A DNA stretch of 63,963 nucleotides, the filler included, from Thraustochytrium aureum (Eukaryota), in assembly GCA_012862495.1 (NCBI GenBank). It is 9 parts of 6 records of this genome, joined end to end, with 100 filler letters (N's around TTAATTAATTAA, not from the genome) between each part and the next. Parts side by side here need not be neighbours in the genome. Positions count along the whole stretch, not along the records: positions 10,970 to 27,145 come from BLSG01000015.1; positions 27,246 to 40,702 come from BLSG01000015.1; 7 more parts are not named here. One strand, given 5' to 3'. This document shows, in pieces, positions 23,801-35,800 of this stretch (positions are counted from its first letter, which is position 1; each line of letters begins with the position of its first letter). The position numbers and the translations under genes were made by a program. Under the pieces are notes generated by a model. The model saw only the letters and a program-made list of their open reading frames with translations, was not told the origin of the DNA and made no database searches.

Positions 23801-23869
23801 CTGAGCAAGTACGCGGGCAAGGAGGACCAGCTGCTCAACGACCTCCACCGCATGTACTCGACCAGTTGA
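20846..23869 (+). CDS. Rab-GAP TBC-domain protein with ankyrin repeats and a Cys-rich (FYVE-like) finger; the C-terminal piece beyond the gap may belong to it
   Basis: GVPPTVRARLW, QIRKDVRRTYP (Arg finger), YHQGINY (Gln finger), EEDAFW, EWFTTVF, VWDLF; ankyrin GLTPLHVAALMGH; CLSC/CAEC/HCRHC/CMRC..CASC. Confidence 0.88.
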   Translation: MPTQTKSNAHDTNINDNNDDRQAPGPHQHQHPSPAAPMASPSRAQLVALVFELLGDSVVDEARTWTWPDPRRQGRGERRGSGALGGGGPMYESHWLDLVRQWRENPAQWRRKVLDEVLNGKGVPPTVRARLWLEASGAAARKERFGDVYAGYVEQAAGLVARGEQAFAQVELQIRKDVRRTYPLFIKQRASASASDAATQLQHELVRQASEASIDSVASAATIGSEAYSSATDEPGPSAAWKPHERSLYNVLCATALCGEQASYHQGINYVAALLLISLHDSQQGGAAGAASCGWAQAEEDAFWVLFAVLQDYHLGGIYEFKSSFLQQFLDQFDLLVRRFHPRLHQHLELGLEPGFPVVLFAMEWFTTVFSYSLRLDAVFLVWDLFLVARLDEALYVAGLAILERLKPKLLAVRSFEEMVGCFKALVAGIRAKELRDAIRQVVQRIVPSALIPPGRSTLAVINREMHDETNVFNTHDYDATQFVDAVQVGDARTTLVELKKYRLPVALVEQALLRASFLGFARVVQVLLTACDASCRHSLSQVEGLTPLHVAALMGHPTVARVLLHARVDPSLRCYSEILRPLVRAARIDQREDGYTALDLARAVAAARGVETSALLKVLQGDVCLSCGRLLEERRGSTASSPLHALWDAVRPDWDQAVKRGIPKAQHWDGDYCAECDAARRATSAPLRALLDLPLGPASWHCRHCRGLLLGERAVKCMRCMACFCASCAFXXXXXXXXXXXXXXXXXXXXXXXXXXXXXXXXXXXXXXXXXXXXXXXXXXXXXXXXXXXXXXXXXXXXXXXXXXXXXXXXXXXXXXXXXXXXXXXXXXXXXXXXXXXXXXXXXXXXXXXXXXXXXXXXXXXXXXXXXXXXXXXXXXXXXXXXXXXXXXXXXXXXXXXXXXXXXXXXXXXXXXXXXXXXXXXXXXXXXXXXXXXXXXXXXXXXXXXXXXXXXXXXXXXXXXXXXXXXXEFYTIWNPSQLGKVDKLLSKYAGKEDQLLNDLHRMYSTS

Positions 23870-23951
23870 ACGGCGCCACAACCGCAAAGAATTGACTTTT
23901 CTCAGCAGGCCAGAGCGCGCTTCGCCGCAAGTGAATGAACAAGATAGGTTT

Positions 23952-26900
23952 TTATGCATTGCGCCCCTTTTCCTCCGATTCTACAATCACCGGGGACGCG
24001 CGGTCACCGGTCCCAGAACTCCTGTTCGCGCCCACAGCTGGCACGCCAGAGGCGGACCCCAGATTGATAACCTTTGTCGGGGCCGCTGCGGAGCTGCTCG
24101 CCGGCATCGAAATCTTCTTGCTGAATGTCGTCGGGGAGGCGCTCGAAGTACGTGACACAAGATGCCCGCTCGACTCCGACGAGGACGATGCGACCGCTGC
24201 GCTCGCAGGCGCAGAGGAAGACACCGGCGCGGCGGACGATGCGGCGGAAGACGATGAGGGCGCCGAGGTCTGGACGGTGGTGCGAACCACCGTCTTAGGC
24301 TTGGCTCCGCCCGGAAACGTCTTGCGCGGCAACGAGCTAAGGCTCGAAGCGCCAGGGCTGCTCGATCGCACAGAGGCGCTCGCCCCAGCGGGGGCGCCGC
24401 CGCTCCGAATGATGGTCTTGCGAACCATCCCGTTTGCGGTTCGCAACACCGTCGACCCAGGAGGAGCTGAACCTGGCGCGACCTTTCGAACGCCCGTTGA
24501 TATCGTGCGAGTGCCCGGCGTGCCCGGCGTACCCGTCCCGCTCACCGTGCGGCGGACTAGAGTGGTACGTCCAGGAGTCCCATTCGCGGACGAGGTTGTT
24601 GTCCTGACGATCGAGCGAGTCACCCCAGTGCCACTCGCACCCGGGGTCGTCGCCCCATTCGAAGCAGTGGCCGACGATGAGCTCGACGAGCTGCGCACGA
24701 TCCCGCCGCCGCTGACTGACGACACGGGGCCGAGAGAGCGCGTTGTCGTGGTACGAATGACGTTGCCTTGCCCATTTGCAGAACGAACGATAGTCCTCGT
24801 CACCGTGGTGCCAGGCTTTGCGCCTGTACTGCGGATGGTGCTACCGTTGGCCGACTTGACGACGGTGCGGACAACTGCGCCAGTCCCCTTGTTTACGACA
24901 GTTCGCACCACACCCCCAGAGCCGCCCGACTTTACGATTGTTCTGACCCCCGGCTTGCCACCAGGCGTACGCGTCACGACGCGGGTCGCGCGGCCCGACA
25001 GTGCGCGCTGCTGACAGGTTTTGCAGTTGGTGCTGCAGGGTTTGCGGACGATGGTGCTCGTTTTAGTCCGAACGACCCCTGCGCGCGGCGGGACAGATCG
25101 AACGACCGTGGTGCCCTGTCGGCCGCTGGTGGAGGTCGTGCGAACAACGGTGCCCGACTTTGTGACAATGCGCGTCCCCGCCGGGGCAGCAGAGGTGCTC
25201 CCAACGGGCCGCGTGTACGTTCGCGTCACTGTGCGCGGCCCCGCTGACGANNNNNNNNNNNNNNNNNNNNNNNNNNNNNNNNNNNNNNNNNNNNNNNNNN
25301 NNNNNNNNNNNNNNNNNNNNNNNNNNNNNNNNNNNNNNNNNNNNNNNNNNNNNNNNNNNNNNNNNNNNNNNNNNNNNNNNNNNNNNNNNNNNNNNNNNNN
25401 NNNNNNNNNNNNNNNNNNNNNNNNNNNNNNNNNNNNNNNNNNNNNNNNNNNNNNNNNNNNNNNNNNNNNNNNNNNNNNNNNNNNNNNNNNNNNNNNNNNN
25501 NNNNNNNNNNNNNNNNNNNNNNNNNNNNNNNNNNNNNNNNNNNNNNNNNNNNNNNNNNNNNNNNNNNNNNNNNNNNNNNNNNNNNNNNNNNNNNNNNNNN
25601 NNNNNNNNNNNNNNNNNNNNNNNNNNNNNNNNNNNNACGGCGCGTTGTACAACCGCGGATTGGGGCCGACGGCTGGCCTGCCCCCGCTTGACCCTGATGG
25701 CGTCCGCACGAGGCAGGCGGCCCCGGGTTGCTTGCGGTGCTCGTCGACGCAGCGCCGCTCGCTGCTGGCGGCGCAGAGCGCGGCACGGCCGACACGACGC
25801 GGCGCACATTGCTAAAGGGCGTGCTCGGCGTGTCGGGGCAGTCCACGTGATGGTGGTGCTCCCCGTCGCCCGCTGACCCAGAGCTCGTAGACGGGCGCCG
25901 CACCGTCTTGGCGGAAGCGGGTGTCCCCGTCGTTCGAATGTGGCGCACCGTGTTGTTTCCTGGCGTGCTCGACGCCGAGAGGCGCCGAACGTGAACAACT
26001 GCGCTTCTCGAATGCGCAGACTTGCTCCCTGGTGAGCTGGGGCGCGGAGTCACGGCAGCGGAGGAATGCGGTGTTGCTCCTGGCACAGCCGACGAGGTGC
26101 CGAGAAGCGGGGTGTCGGCTGCTGGACGCGGCGGCCGCGAGCCCACGGGCGTCGAAAATTTGTTCCGGGACGCTGGGGTCACAGCCGCTGGGCGGTGCGG
26201 GCCGTGCTGCGGCGTCGCTGGCGGTGCTGCTGTCGACGACGATGAGGCCGACGACGCGTGCGACGTGTTCGACGAAGTCGCGGACGACGACGATGTCGAC
26301 GATAAAGGCACGCTAGAAGATGTGGACGCCACGCCAGAGCTGGCTTGCCTGTACGTCTGTGCGGAAACCGACGATGCGGAGGATGGGCACGTCGAGTTCG
26401 ACGGGAAGCGTGCCGCAGACGCGCTGGGCTTGACGACGGGGGTGCTCGGTGCAGCACGGGCCACAGCTGCGCTGCCCGACGAGCCCGTTAGCGAAGACAG
26501 CGAGACAGAGCCACTCGAGGTGGAATTGGCGGCAGCAGCAGCGGCAGCGGCCGCGGCTGCAGCCGCCGCTGCCGGCGTGGGTCCAGCCCGCGTTGCGAGC
26601 GCTGGCTTGAACGACGTCTCCGCTGAGGACGACGACGAGGAGGAGGAGGAGGTGGTGGCGGACAATGAGGCGGACGAGGACGAAGGGCCCAAAGACCCAA
26701 AGCCCGAGGCTGACGAGGACGTGCTCGAGGACATCGACAAGCTGGTGCCGGAAAGCTGCCTATGCGTGGACTTCGCCGCTGCAGCCGCCGCCGCAACAGC
26801 AGCCGCCTTCGCTTCAGTCTCCTCCTTTGTGATGACGCGCGGCACAAATCGTCCCTTGACGCGGGGCCGGCTGTCCGCGAGCTTTTTGCGGCATCCGTAC

Positions 26901-27145
26901 TTGACCTTCTTCTTCCACACGCGGTTCTTGCGCTTTTCGAGGAAGCGGAGGATGCGCTGACGCCTCTGCTCGATCGTGTACCCGCCGACCATGCGGGACT
27001 TGGTGCTCTTGCCGCCAGCCGAGAGCATGGCCGAATAGACTGCAGTTGGCCGTGTGTACACAACGCTCGCCGACGACGAAGACTTGACCGGCCGGCTCGC
27101 CGAGGTAGTGGAAGCTCCTGATGGCCGCGCAGCCGTCTTGGGCTG
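23952..27145 (-). CDS. CCT-domain (CONSTANS/TOC1-type) protein with a very long S/T/V/R/G low-complexity tail; 5'-partial, gapped, with frameshifts
   Basis: GGYTIEQRRQRILRFLEKRKNRVWKKKVKYGCRKKLADSRPRVKGRFV at ~26850-26990; frame is open to the scaffold end. Confidence 0.85.
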
Positions 27146-27245
27146 NNNNNNNNNNNNNNNNNNNNNNNNNNNNNNNNNNNNNNNNNNNNTTAATTAATTA
27201 ANNNNNNNNNNNNNNNNNNNNNNNNNNNNNNNNNNNNNNNNNNNN

Positions 27246-29353
27246 ACCGCTTCAAGCCCTGCAGGAGGAGCAGGTCTTCCGCCTCGGTGAAGCGCTCGCG
27301 AAAGTTGCCGCCGAGGCCCCGGTTGTCCACCGAGACCCGCGACGGAGTGGTCAACTTGCTACCAACTCCTCGACGGTGGAAGCTGCGGTCGGCGGCTCGA
27401 GAAGCTCGCCGCGCTGCGAGCTCCAGGCGAGCTCCTCGCGCCGCCTCGCCGAGCTCGCAAGCCAGTCTCCGAGCTCGCGCACGCCACGAGCGCGAAACAG
27501 GGCTCGGTGGGTGGCCAGGGTCGGAGCAGCTGGCACGGCCAGCAACAAGCTGCAGCGCTGCCGCGGTCTCCGTGCGCGCGGCAGGGTCGAGCACCCGCGC
27601 TCCTTCTGGCACCAGGGCGTGCTGCCGCATGGTCAGCAAGACGAAGCGCTGCAGCAGGGCATAGGCGCGCTTGTAGAGAGGAGCAGAGAAGCAGGTGGGC
27701 CGACCGGCTGGCAGGTCCATCAAACCGAACTCGGCGCTCCCAGGGCTGCGTTGCTGGGGTTGCGAGTCGCTGCGGTCGTCGAAAGTCGGCTGCATGCTGT
27801 GCGCGCCGTCGCGCGGCTGCCGCGGCACGCCGGGGGGGGCGCGCTACTCTGGCGCACAAATCGCGTATCGCCTTCGTGGCGGAGGCTTCCCGGCGGTCCT
27901 TGCGGCGTGCCGTTGACGGGTTCAAGCGGAGCCAGGTCTAGATGCTCCGCGGGCAGCGTGCTCCCTCGCGCCGATGCGTCCGCACTGTGCGTGTGAAGTG
28001 TTTCCACGAGAAATTGCCGGTACAACTGCATGTCCTCGTCTTCCTCGTTGACGTCCTCTTGGTCTATGTCGTGCATAAGCGCGTCCAAAGTGCGGTCGTC
28101 TGCAGCCAGTTCTTCAAACTGCTTGTCAGTGTACGAGACGTGCGCTCGGGTTCGAAGCGCGATGCGTTCCCGCTCGTCAGCGGCGGCGATGCTCGCGTCG
28201 TCAGTGTTTCTTGGCCGGCGTGGGGTCGGGGGCGGCAGAATGCCGCCCTGGGCTGCAGCCTCTTGGCCAAACGCCCCCGCGCTGGGCGGGGCAGCCTTGG
28301 CCGACCGCGGCATGTATTCGTCGTCTTCTTCGTCATCGAGGTCGCTGAGGAGAAACCGTTGGTACAGATGCGCGTTTTCGTCGTAGTGCTCTCCAAAGTC
28401 GCCGTCGTTTGAGAGTAGGCGGTCCAGCATTTCATCGTTTGCGGCCAGCTCGTCCACGGTTTTGTCGTGCAACGAGTAGTTTGCCCGGGTACGGCGAGAG
28501 ATGTGCGGCGTTTCGTCCTCGCGATGTTGCGAGACCAGCTGCGAGTGCAGGGCGCGCCCCGTTCCATCAGAGGCCGTGCTAGGTGCACTCGCTGTTCGTC
28601 GCCGCTCGTCGGGTGCTGGCTGCCTTCCTGCACTCCGCGTGGACGCTTGCCGCGTCGCGGGCTCGCCCCGTCGCGCCCGCGCCGGCTTGGCGCACCCGTT
28701 CGATCGCGATTGCGTGGCGGGACTCGACAGAGTCACGAAGCTGTGCTTGCTCGACCGGTCACCGTTTCCGTCCCTGTCGTCGTCGTCATCCTCATCATCC
28801 TCGTCGTCCTCATCGTCCTCGTCCTCGTCCTCGTCGTCCTCGTCGTCCTCTTCNNNNNNNNNNNNNNNNNNNNNNNNNNNNNNNNNNNNNNNNNNNNNNN
28901 NNNNNNNNNNNNNNNNNNNNNNNNNNNNNNNNNNNNNNNNNNNNNNNNNNNNNNNNNNNNNNNNNNNNNNNNNNNNNNNNNNNNNNNNNNNNNNNNNNNN
29001 NNNNNNNNNNNNNNNNNNNNNNNNNNNNNNNNNNNNNNNNNNNNNNNNNNNNNNNNNNNNNNNNNNNNNNNNNNNNNNNNNNNNNNNNNNNNNNNNNNNN
29101 NNNNNNNNNNNNNNNNNNNNNNNNNNNNNNNNNNNNNNNNNNNNNNNNNNNNNNNNNNNNNNNNNNNNNNNNNNNNNNNNNNNNNNNNNNNNNNNNNNNN
29201 NNNGTCCTCGTCCTCGTCCTCGACGCGCCGCTGCCGCTTGCCAGCCCTATCCACGCCGCTGCCCGCGCTGCCCTGGCTGGCCTGCGAGCCGCCCCGCGAG
29301 CGCTTGGCCAGCACCCGCGCGGCATCCCGACGCGGTTCGCCGGGGTCTGCCAT
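27246..29353 (-). CDS. DUO3/GON4L(YY1AP1)-like nuclear protein, 3'-partial, gapped, with frameshifts
   Basis: Acidic tract, then two copies of I..RTRA..S..D....EL...D...Y..FL (ISRRTRANYSLHDKTVDEL; IALRTRAHVSYTDKQFEEL), then Myb/SANT-like FTEAEDLLLLQGLKR at the scaffold end. Confidence 0.7.
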
Positions 29354-30061
29354 CGCGCCGAGGGCCTGGGGCCGCTACTGCTGCGCCTGCTGCTGGTGGC
29401 GGTCGGCGCGAGGGGGCGCGACGGAGGGCGGGATGAAGGGGCGGGATGGAGTTGACGTGGTGGGCTTGCGGCGCGTTTTTTTTAACTCGCGCTCTCGCCA
29501 CACTGGATGGACTGCGGCGGCGCACGCGCGGCTGTGGAGCCGTGGGATGGTGCCGCTGGAGGTACTCTCAGTACGGTTGAGTATGTCGATAGGTAGAGGT
29601 TTCGGCTTTGGCCTTTCCAAGGGGGGCACGGCGAGCGCTCACGTGCCGCAGAGGTTTGAGTCGTGCCGCTGCTAACTTGAAGGTGCTGGTACTGCTGCTT
29701 GATTGACATGAATACAGGCCCTCCGAGGTTGCACGAGCATGTGGCAAAGCGTTGGTGACCGGCTGTAGGCGCTTTGGAATTAGCGGTCGGTGGCCTTGGA
29801 GCGAGAAGGTGTGCCGAGGCCCAGCGCCTGCTCCTGTTGTTGATACAGTTGTGGCTGCAGGCGACGTCGATGCTTCACGGTTGCAGAGTTGTTTGTAAAC
29901 ATCAACCAGTATTCATTAGTACAAATCATCGGCTAAACACAGCGGCCGGGTTGGTAGAGGCCGAGCTACACTTTATCGGGCATGGACCAATCGACGCCAA
30001 AAAGCCTCACTTCGCGGCGCCAAACCTCTCTAGAGAGCCCTCGCTTGCAGCCAACGTCCGG

Positions 30062-31129
30062 CTAGAGTGTCTCCGCCGAGACGAATGCCTCAAAGCGTTC
30101 CGCCAAGTCGTCGTTGTCACGCAGCATCTCCAGAACAGTGTTGATGCAGGCCTGGCGAGTAATGCGACCGTACTTGAACTCTGTGAGTGCGGCGACAAAG
30201 GCCTCAAAAACCTCGGGCTCGTTCTCGAGCCGCTCACGGACCTCGTCCAGATACTCTACGATCTCAGGAGCAGAAATTACCTTTGGTTGCGAGTTTGCCG
30301 CGGTGAATACCGTCGCGATCGCGTCGTTGCAGGTGCGGCGAGAATCGAGGAACTCTTCGAACGTTTCAATGAGGCCGTCGTGCCCTTTGAAGAGGCCGCG
30401 GATTCGCTCTTTCAGCTCGCCCCGCGTCCGATACTCTGCGAGCGTGCGCAAATACTCTTGGAAAACGAATGGGTTGTTGTGGTACTCCTCCTCGATCTGC
30501 TCATGGAAGTTTGCAAGATCCACCACAGAGACCATGCGAAAGAGGTCGAACGGTTTGGACGAAACGCGGCGTGGGCCTCGACTCAGCGACGAGTTGACGC
30601 TGTGCGCCTTGCTCTTCGCGCTCTTGGCGCTCTTGGCGCTTTTCTTCGTGGCGTCGCTTCCGCGACCGGGGCGAGCTTTATGTCTTCCAGCGGCTCGCTG
30701 GCCTGCGATTCGGGATACTCGATCGACTTGCTCGCGCTCGAAACGGGCGGCAGCTTTGGCGAGAGGTACGCTAGCGTCAAGTCTGTGGACGTCGGCCTCC
30801 AGCTGAACACGGCGCTCGGCCTGTTTAGAACGCCCAACGACGGTGACCTTCCGTGCCCTGGCTGCCCTGGGCTCATGCAAGCCCCCATCTCGGTTCAGGT
30901 GCGACGGTGCCCGAAACCACCTCCTGGGCGTCGCTGCCCTCCCGCCGCCTGCGCTTCCCTCGCTTGCTTGTGGGTTTGCTGGGAGGCCCTCGCGCGATCG
31001 AGTGGAGGTGATTTGGGTCTGCAGCTTCCTGACATGAATGCAACGTGTGCCCGCCCTTGCCTCTGGCAGCCGTCTCGCGCGTAAGAAGAGAGATAAAACG
31101 TTGGCCAGCTCAGCACGAACCAACTCCAC
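30062..31129 (-). CDS. Protein with two paired amphipathic helix (PAH, Sin3-type) domains; start uncertain
   Basis: FQEYLRTLAEY...IRGLFKGHDGLIETFEEFL and YLDEVRERLENEPEVFEAFVAALTEFK...MLRDNDDLAERFEAFV. Confidence 0.75.
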   Translation of the reverse strand: MELVRAELANVLSLFLRARRLPEARAGTRCIHVRKLQTQITSTRSREGLPANPQASEGSAGGGRAATPRRWFRAPSHLNRDGGLHEPRAARARKVTVVGRSKQAERRVQLEADVHRLDASVPLAKAAARFEREQVDRVSRIAGQRAAGRHKARPGRGSDATKKSAKSAKSAKSKAHSVNSSLSRGPRRVSSKPFDLFRMVSVVDLANFHEQIEEEYHNNPFVFQEYLRTLAEYRTRGELKERIRGLFKGHDGLIETFEEFLDSRRTCNDAIATVFTAANSQPKVISAPEIVEYLDEVRERLENEPEVFEAFVAALTEFKYGRITRQACINTVLEMLRDNDDLAERFEAFVSAETL

Positions 31130-32402
31130 ACGGCCACGATGCCTTGATTACAATGAGAGACTCGCGAGCCGCGACTCGGCGCACGCCGCAATGCTCTCTG
31201 GCAGAGCCATTCCAATCCAAGTGTGCGACAAGGAGAAGGCCACAACGCAACAACTGGCGGCGGCGGGCATCAACATCAAGCTCCCGTACCTACTCACGCC
31301 GAGAATGTGTCTGAGTTGGGCAGACTGGCAGGCAGTGAAGCGGTGAGTAGCACCCAGCAAACCCAGTGCCGAACGAAGGTACTGTGGCTATGGCGGCGCA
31401 CGACTGGCGCAGCAGCACACGGTGTCGCAGTGTCGACTTGGCGGCTAACTTAGCCAATGTTCCCCACAGCTCTGGAGGGGGCATTATGGCACTCTTCTAT
31501 CACATGTAATTTGAGGCTTTCGCAAACCACACCGGTAAAATAGTTGCATTTTGTGAATAAGATGTTACTGTACTCTTTAAGACAAATGTGTGCACCTAGT
31601 TGCGAATGTTGCGTGCGCCTGCTTGAGAGGTGCTTTGGGGGGTACCAGGCGATCGATCAGTCATAAGCAACTCTTTCTCGTCAAGAAGGTAATCGTGAAG
31701 CGCAGAGCAACCAACACCCAAACACTGGCACATGGAGAAATCCAACAATGGGGCCGGCCTGGGCCCTCTCCAGCAAGCCGCCTTCGTGGCGCAGCGAGAC
31801 GTCCCTGTTGGTTCTCGTTGCTTCTTTCGCTTTCCTTTCACTTNNNNNNNNNNNNNNNNNNNNNNNNNNNNNNNNNNNNNNNNNNNNNNNNNNNNNNNNN
31901 NNNNNNNNNNNNNNNNNNNNNNNNNNNNNNNNNNNNNNNNNNNNNNNNNNNNNNNNNNNNNNNNNNNNNNNNNNNNNNNNNNNNNNNNNNNNNNNNNNNN
32001 NNNNNNNNNNNNNNNNNNNNNNNNNNNNNNNNNNNNNNNNNNNNNNNNNNNNNNNNNNNNNNNNNNNNNNNNNNNNNNNNNNNNNNNNNNNNNNNNNNNN
32101 NNNNNNNNNNNNNNNNNNNNNNNNNNNNNNNNNNNNNNNNNNNNNNNNNNNNNNNNNNNNNNNNNNNNNNNNNNNNNNNNNNNNTTTGTGGTCAGGTCAG
32201 GGGGCGGTCACTGGGCAGACGGGTAGCGAACCTCGGATGGTACTTTGCGCGAAGCGCCCTCGCGGGCCCTACGCGCGGGTTCCGGGGCGGGTCGGGCGCG
32301 CGTAGCGCATCGGGGAGTGGGTGGGGTGGACGCTGTGCCGATGGACTCAACGTGGTACTTTGCGTACTCCTCTACTGTTCAACGAAAGTCGTAAGTGAGT
32401 CT

Positions 32403-32464
32403 TGATTCGTGGAGCAGAACAGTTGAGAAACGGTAAGATGTGATTCGTGGAGCAGAACAGTTGA
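32403..32464. repeat. Direct repeat TGATTCGTGGAGCAGAACAGTTGA x2 in the Helitron 5' region; a second ~49-bp two-copy repeat lies at ~32674-32771
   Basis: Exact 24-mer at 32403-32426 and 32441-32464. Confidence 0.85.
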
Positions 32465-32805
32465 CAAACCATGTGATCCGCGAAACATCTTCCAACTGTT
32501 TTGCACCATGTAGTAGGTAGATAGATGTGCCATTGCCGAAGACAGATGCCCAAAACAGATTGAACGACAGCAAACCACAAACTCATCGCAGCCTGACTTG
32601 GTACGACAGCGACGTGCGAACTCAACGCAGCCAACACGAATCCGAACCATTAAACGACGCTTAAACGCCGCCCCACTGCGCATCACTCACCAGCGTCTAG
32701 GAGCGCACAACTAACGCCTCAACACTACGCATCACTCAACACCGTCCAGGAACGCACAATTTACGTCTAACCAACAGCACAGCAGTCTATCAACTGCGCT
32801 CGAAA

Positions 32806-35800
32806 ATGGCGAACTGGACTCGGGTTCCACGACGCAACGACGCATTGGTGAATCTTGACACATTCATTGCAGCCGAACACATCTCTGGTCTCAAACAAGG
32901 AAACGTTGGAGGTAAGTTGACGCTCGACGGCATGCTAAAGGTTTGCCCACACTGCAATGCGCAGCTTTACGACTGCGAAACATTCCAATTGTGCTGCAAG
33001 AATGGTGCTGTCGAAATGCCGCAGCGCGAGACGCCGCCCGAGCCACTATTGAGCCTCTTCACCGGTCAAAACCAGACTGCACGGCATTTTAGAAAAAATA
33101 TTTTGGCATACAACAGCTGTCATGCCTTTACCAGTCTTGGAACCTACCATGACGGGCAAATCGACGGCATCAACTCACGCGGCATTTTTACCTTCCGAGT
33201 CCGGGGGCAGCTTTGTCATCGGATAGGAGACCTCACTCCACGCGAAGGCGATCCGCCTAAATTCTCCCAGATCTACATGCTCACACCTGAAGACCAAGTC
33301 GAACGGCGGACGACTATCATGGACGGCTTGGACAGGGACGTGGTGGAGGCACTTACGAACTGCCTCGAACAGGTCAATCCATTTGTGCACGTGTTTCGCA
33401 ATACTCGCGAGGTTTTGCAGGATGTTCTGCTCAATAACAATGTCGTCCGGTTCAACACAGATGGCCTCGATATCCGTCGCTACAATGCACCGATGAGGGA
33501 CGACGTCATTGGGGCTGTTGTTGTTGATGATGGCTCCTCTTCTTGGCGCGACATTATTTTGCGACCCCGGCACAACCCAGAACCCCTTCCTCAAGCCCAA
33601 CTCGGCGAAGACGTTGATCCGCTGGAATTTCAAGGACAACCAGTCCCGCAAGACCATGGTGGGCTGCGTCGCGTCAGCGAGCTCCACGCTGCTTATGGCC
33701 CTTTACAGTACCCTCTCCTCTTTCCACGTGGAGAACTTGGTTGGTCTCCAGATAATGCAGGACATGGATTGACCTGCCGCGCACACTCAGCGTATGAACT
33801 TCACCAGCGCATCGACGATAATGGACAGCGACTGTTCAACATCCTGCACAACGCTGGCCGTCTCTTTCAGGTCTACCTCACGGACCTCGGTGCGAAGTAT
33901 GAGACAACGAAACTTGCGTATATTCGGAGAAACCAGGAGCAGCTTCGCATAGAGCACTATGCCGGGGCGGTTGATGCAATTGGGGAAGGAAACGTCAACA
34001 AGATTGGTGTTCTCCTGCCTGCATCCTTTCACACCAACGAACGCGCATGTCTCGGACGCTACCTGGACAGCATGGAGTATGTTCGCGAGTTTCAAAAGCC
34101 CACGTTCTTTATCACGATGACGTGCAACCCGAAGTGGACTGAGATACAGCGCGAGCTCCTGCCCCATCAAACCGCGCAGGACCGACCCGACATCGTTGTT
34201 CGGGTTTTCAACTACAAGTTGCGGCAGCTCATCGCAGACCTGACAAATAAGGGAGTTCTCGGGCGCCACGTCGCCCACAACTACACGATCGAGTTCCAGA
34301 AACGAGGCCTACCGCACGCCCACATTCTCCTCTGGACAGACTTTGTTGTCAACGTACAAGTCGAACACTTGGATCTTGCCCCGAATGACCCCCAGGAAAT
34401 CCTGCTTTGGCTGGCGGCGCAAGACGCGGCGCTGGCGCATCAGAGCACACCAATCAACAGAGCNNNNNNNNNNNNNNNNNNNNNNNNNNNNNNNNNNNNN
34501 NNNNNNNNNNNNNNNNNNNNNNNNNNNNNNNNNNNNNNNNNNNNNNNNNNNNNNNNNNNNNNNNNNNNNNNNNNNNNNNNNNNNNNNNNNNNNNNNNNNN
34601 NNNNNNNNNNNNNNNNNNNNNNNNNNNNNNNGCGGAGATTCCTGACTCTGAAACACAGCCCGAGTTGTTCGCTGCTGTACAGGCGCACATGATCCACGGC
34701 CCGTGCGGCGTCGTCAATGAGGGCTCACCGTGCATGCGTGACGGTGTCTGCTCGAAGAACTTTCCTAAGGACTTTTGCCAGCATACCACAGCGGGCGCTG
34801 GCTATCCAACCTACAGGCGCTTGGAAAACGGCAGGACGTGCGAGATTGCCAGGGGCCACGGCGAGCCGTTCCTCGCTGACAACCGCTGGGTGGTGCCGTA
34901 CAATCCCTACCTTCTACTCAAGTACGATTGCCACATCAACGTCGAATACTGCTCCTCCGTCACAGCTATTGCCTACATTCACAAGTACATCCACAAAGGC
35001 GGGGACAGAGCCCGCATAACTGTCGAAAGTGGTGCCGACGACGGTGGAAACAATGAGGCACGCGACGAGATCAAGGAGTACCTTCAAGGTCGCTGGATAT
35101 GCCCCCAGTACGCTGCATGGCGGATCTTTGAATTCAACATCCACGGAAGATCACACTCTGTCACTCTCCTGCCTGTTCACCTCCCAAACTATCAGGCCAT
35201 CCTTTTACCTGACGACGCGGCGCCCCATGAACTGCAGCATCTTCTTCAGAACCCGCCCGCCTCGAAGCTCATGGCCTTCTTCGAGCTCTGTCAGCGCGAC
35301 GCAGACGGCGACGAGGAGCCCCAGCATGATCATGCAAACGACGTCCGGCCTTTGAACATAAAGTACCACCAACTCCCAAAGTACTTCAAGTGGGACGCGC
35401 AAGGAAAGTCCTGGGAGCGTCGAAAACGCAACATCAAGGTCTTGGCGCGGATGCCTATGGTATTGCCCAGCCAAGGCGAGCGCTTCTACTTGCGACTTCT
35501 CTTGACGAATGTTAACGGCCCGACGAGCTTCGAAGCACTTCGGACCGTGAATGAACATCTGTGCGAAACGTTCAAAGAGGCTTGCTTACGACGGGGCATT
35601 CTCGAGAACGACGCCCAGTGGACTGAGACGATGGAGCAAGCCGCCGTCTACGGCAACCCGCGCCGCCTCCGTCACCTTTTCGCATCCCTCCTCATTTTCT
35701 GCTCGCCAGCAGAGCCCGCAGTTCTCTTCCACGCGTTCGAAGAGCGCATGTCGCACGACATTGCAGCTCGGTTTCAGCCTGGCGATGCTCGGATTCGTGC

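Noticed and set aside
31496..31510. Candidate Helitron 5' end (A|TC at 31499-31501) in a lower-GC patch
   Set aside because: A TC dinucleotide is too weak without copy alignment, and a gap lies between it and RepHel.
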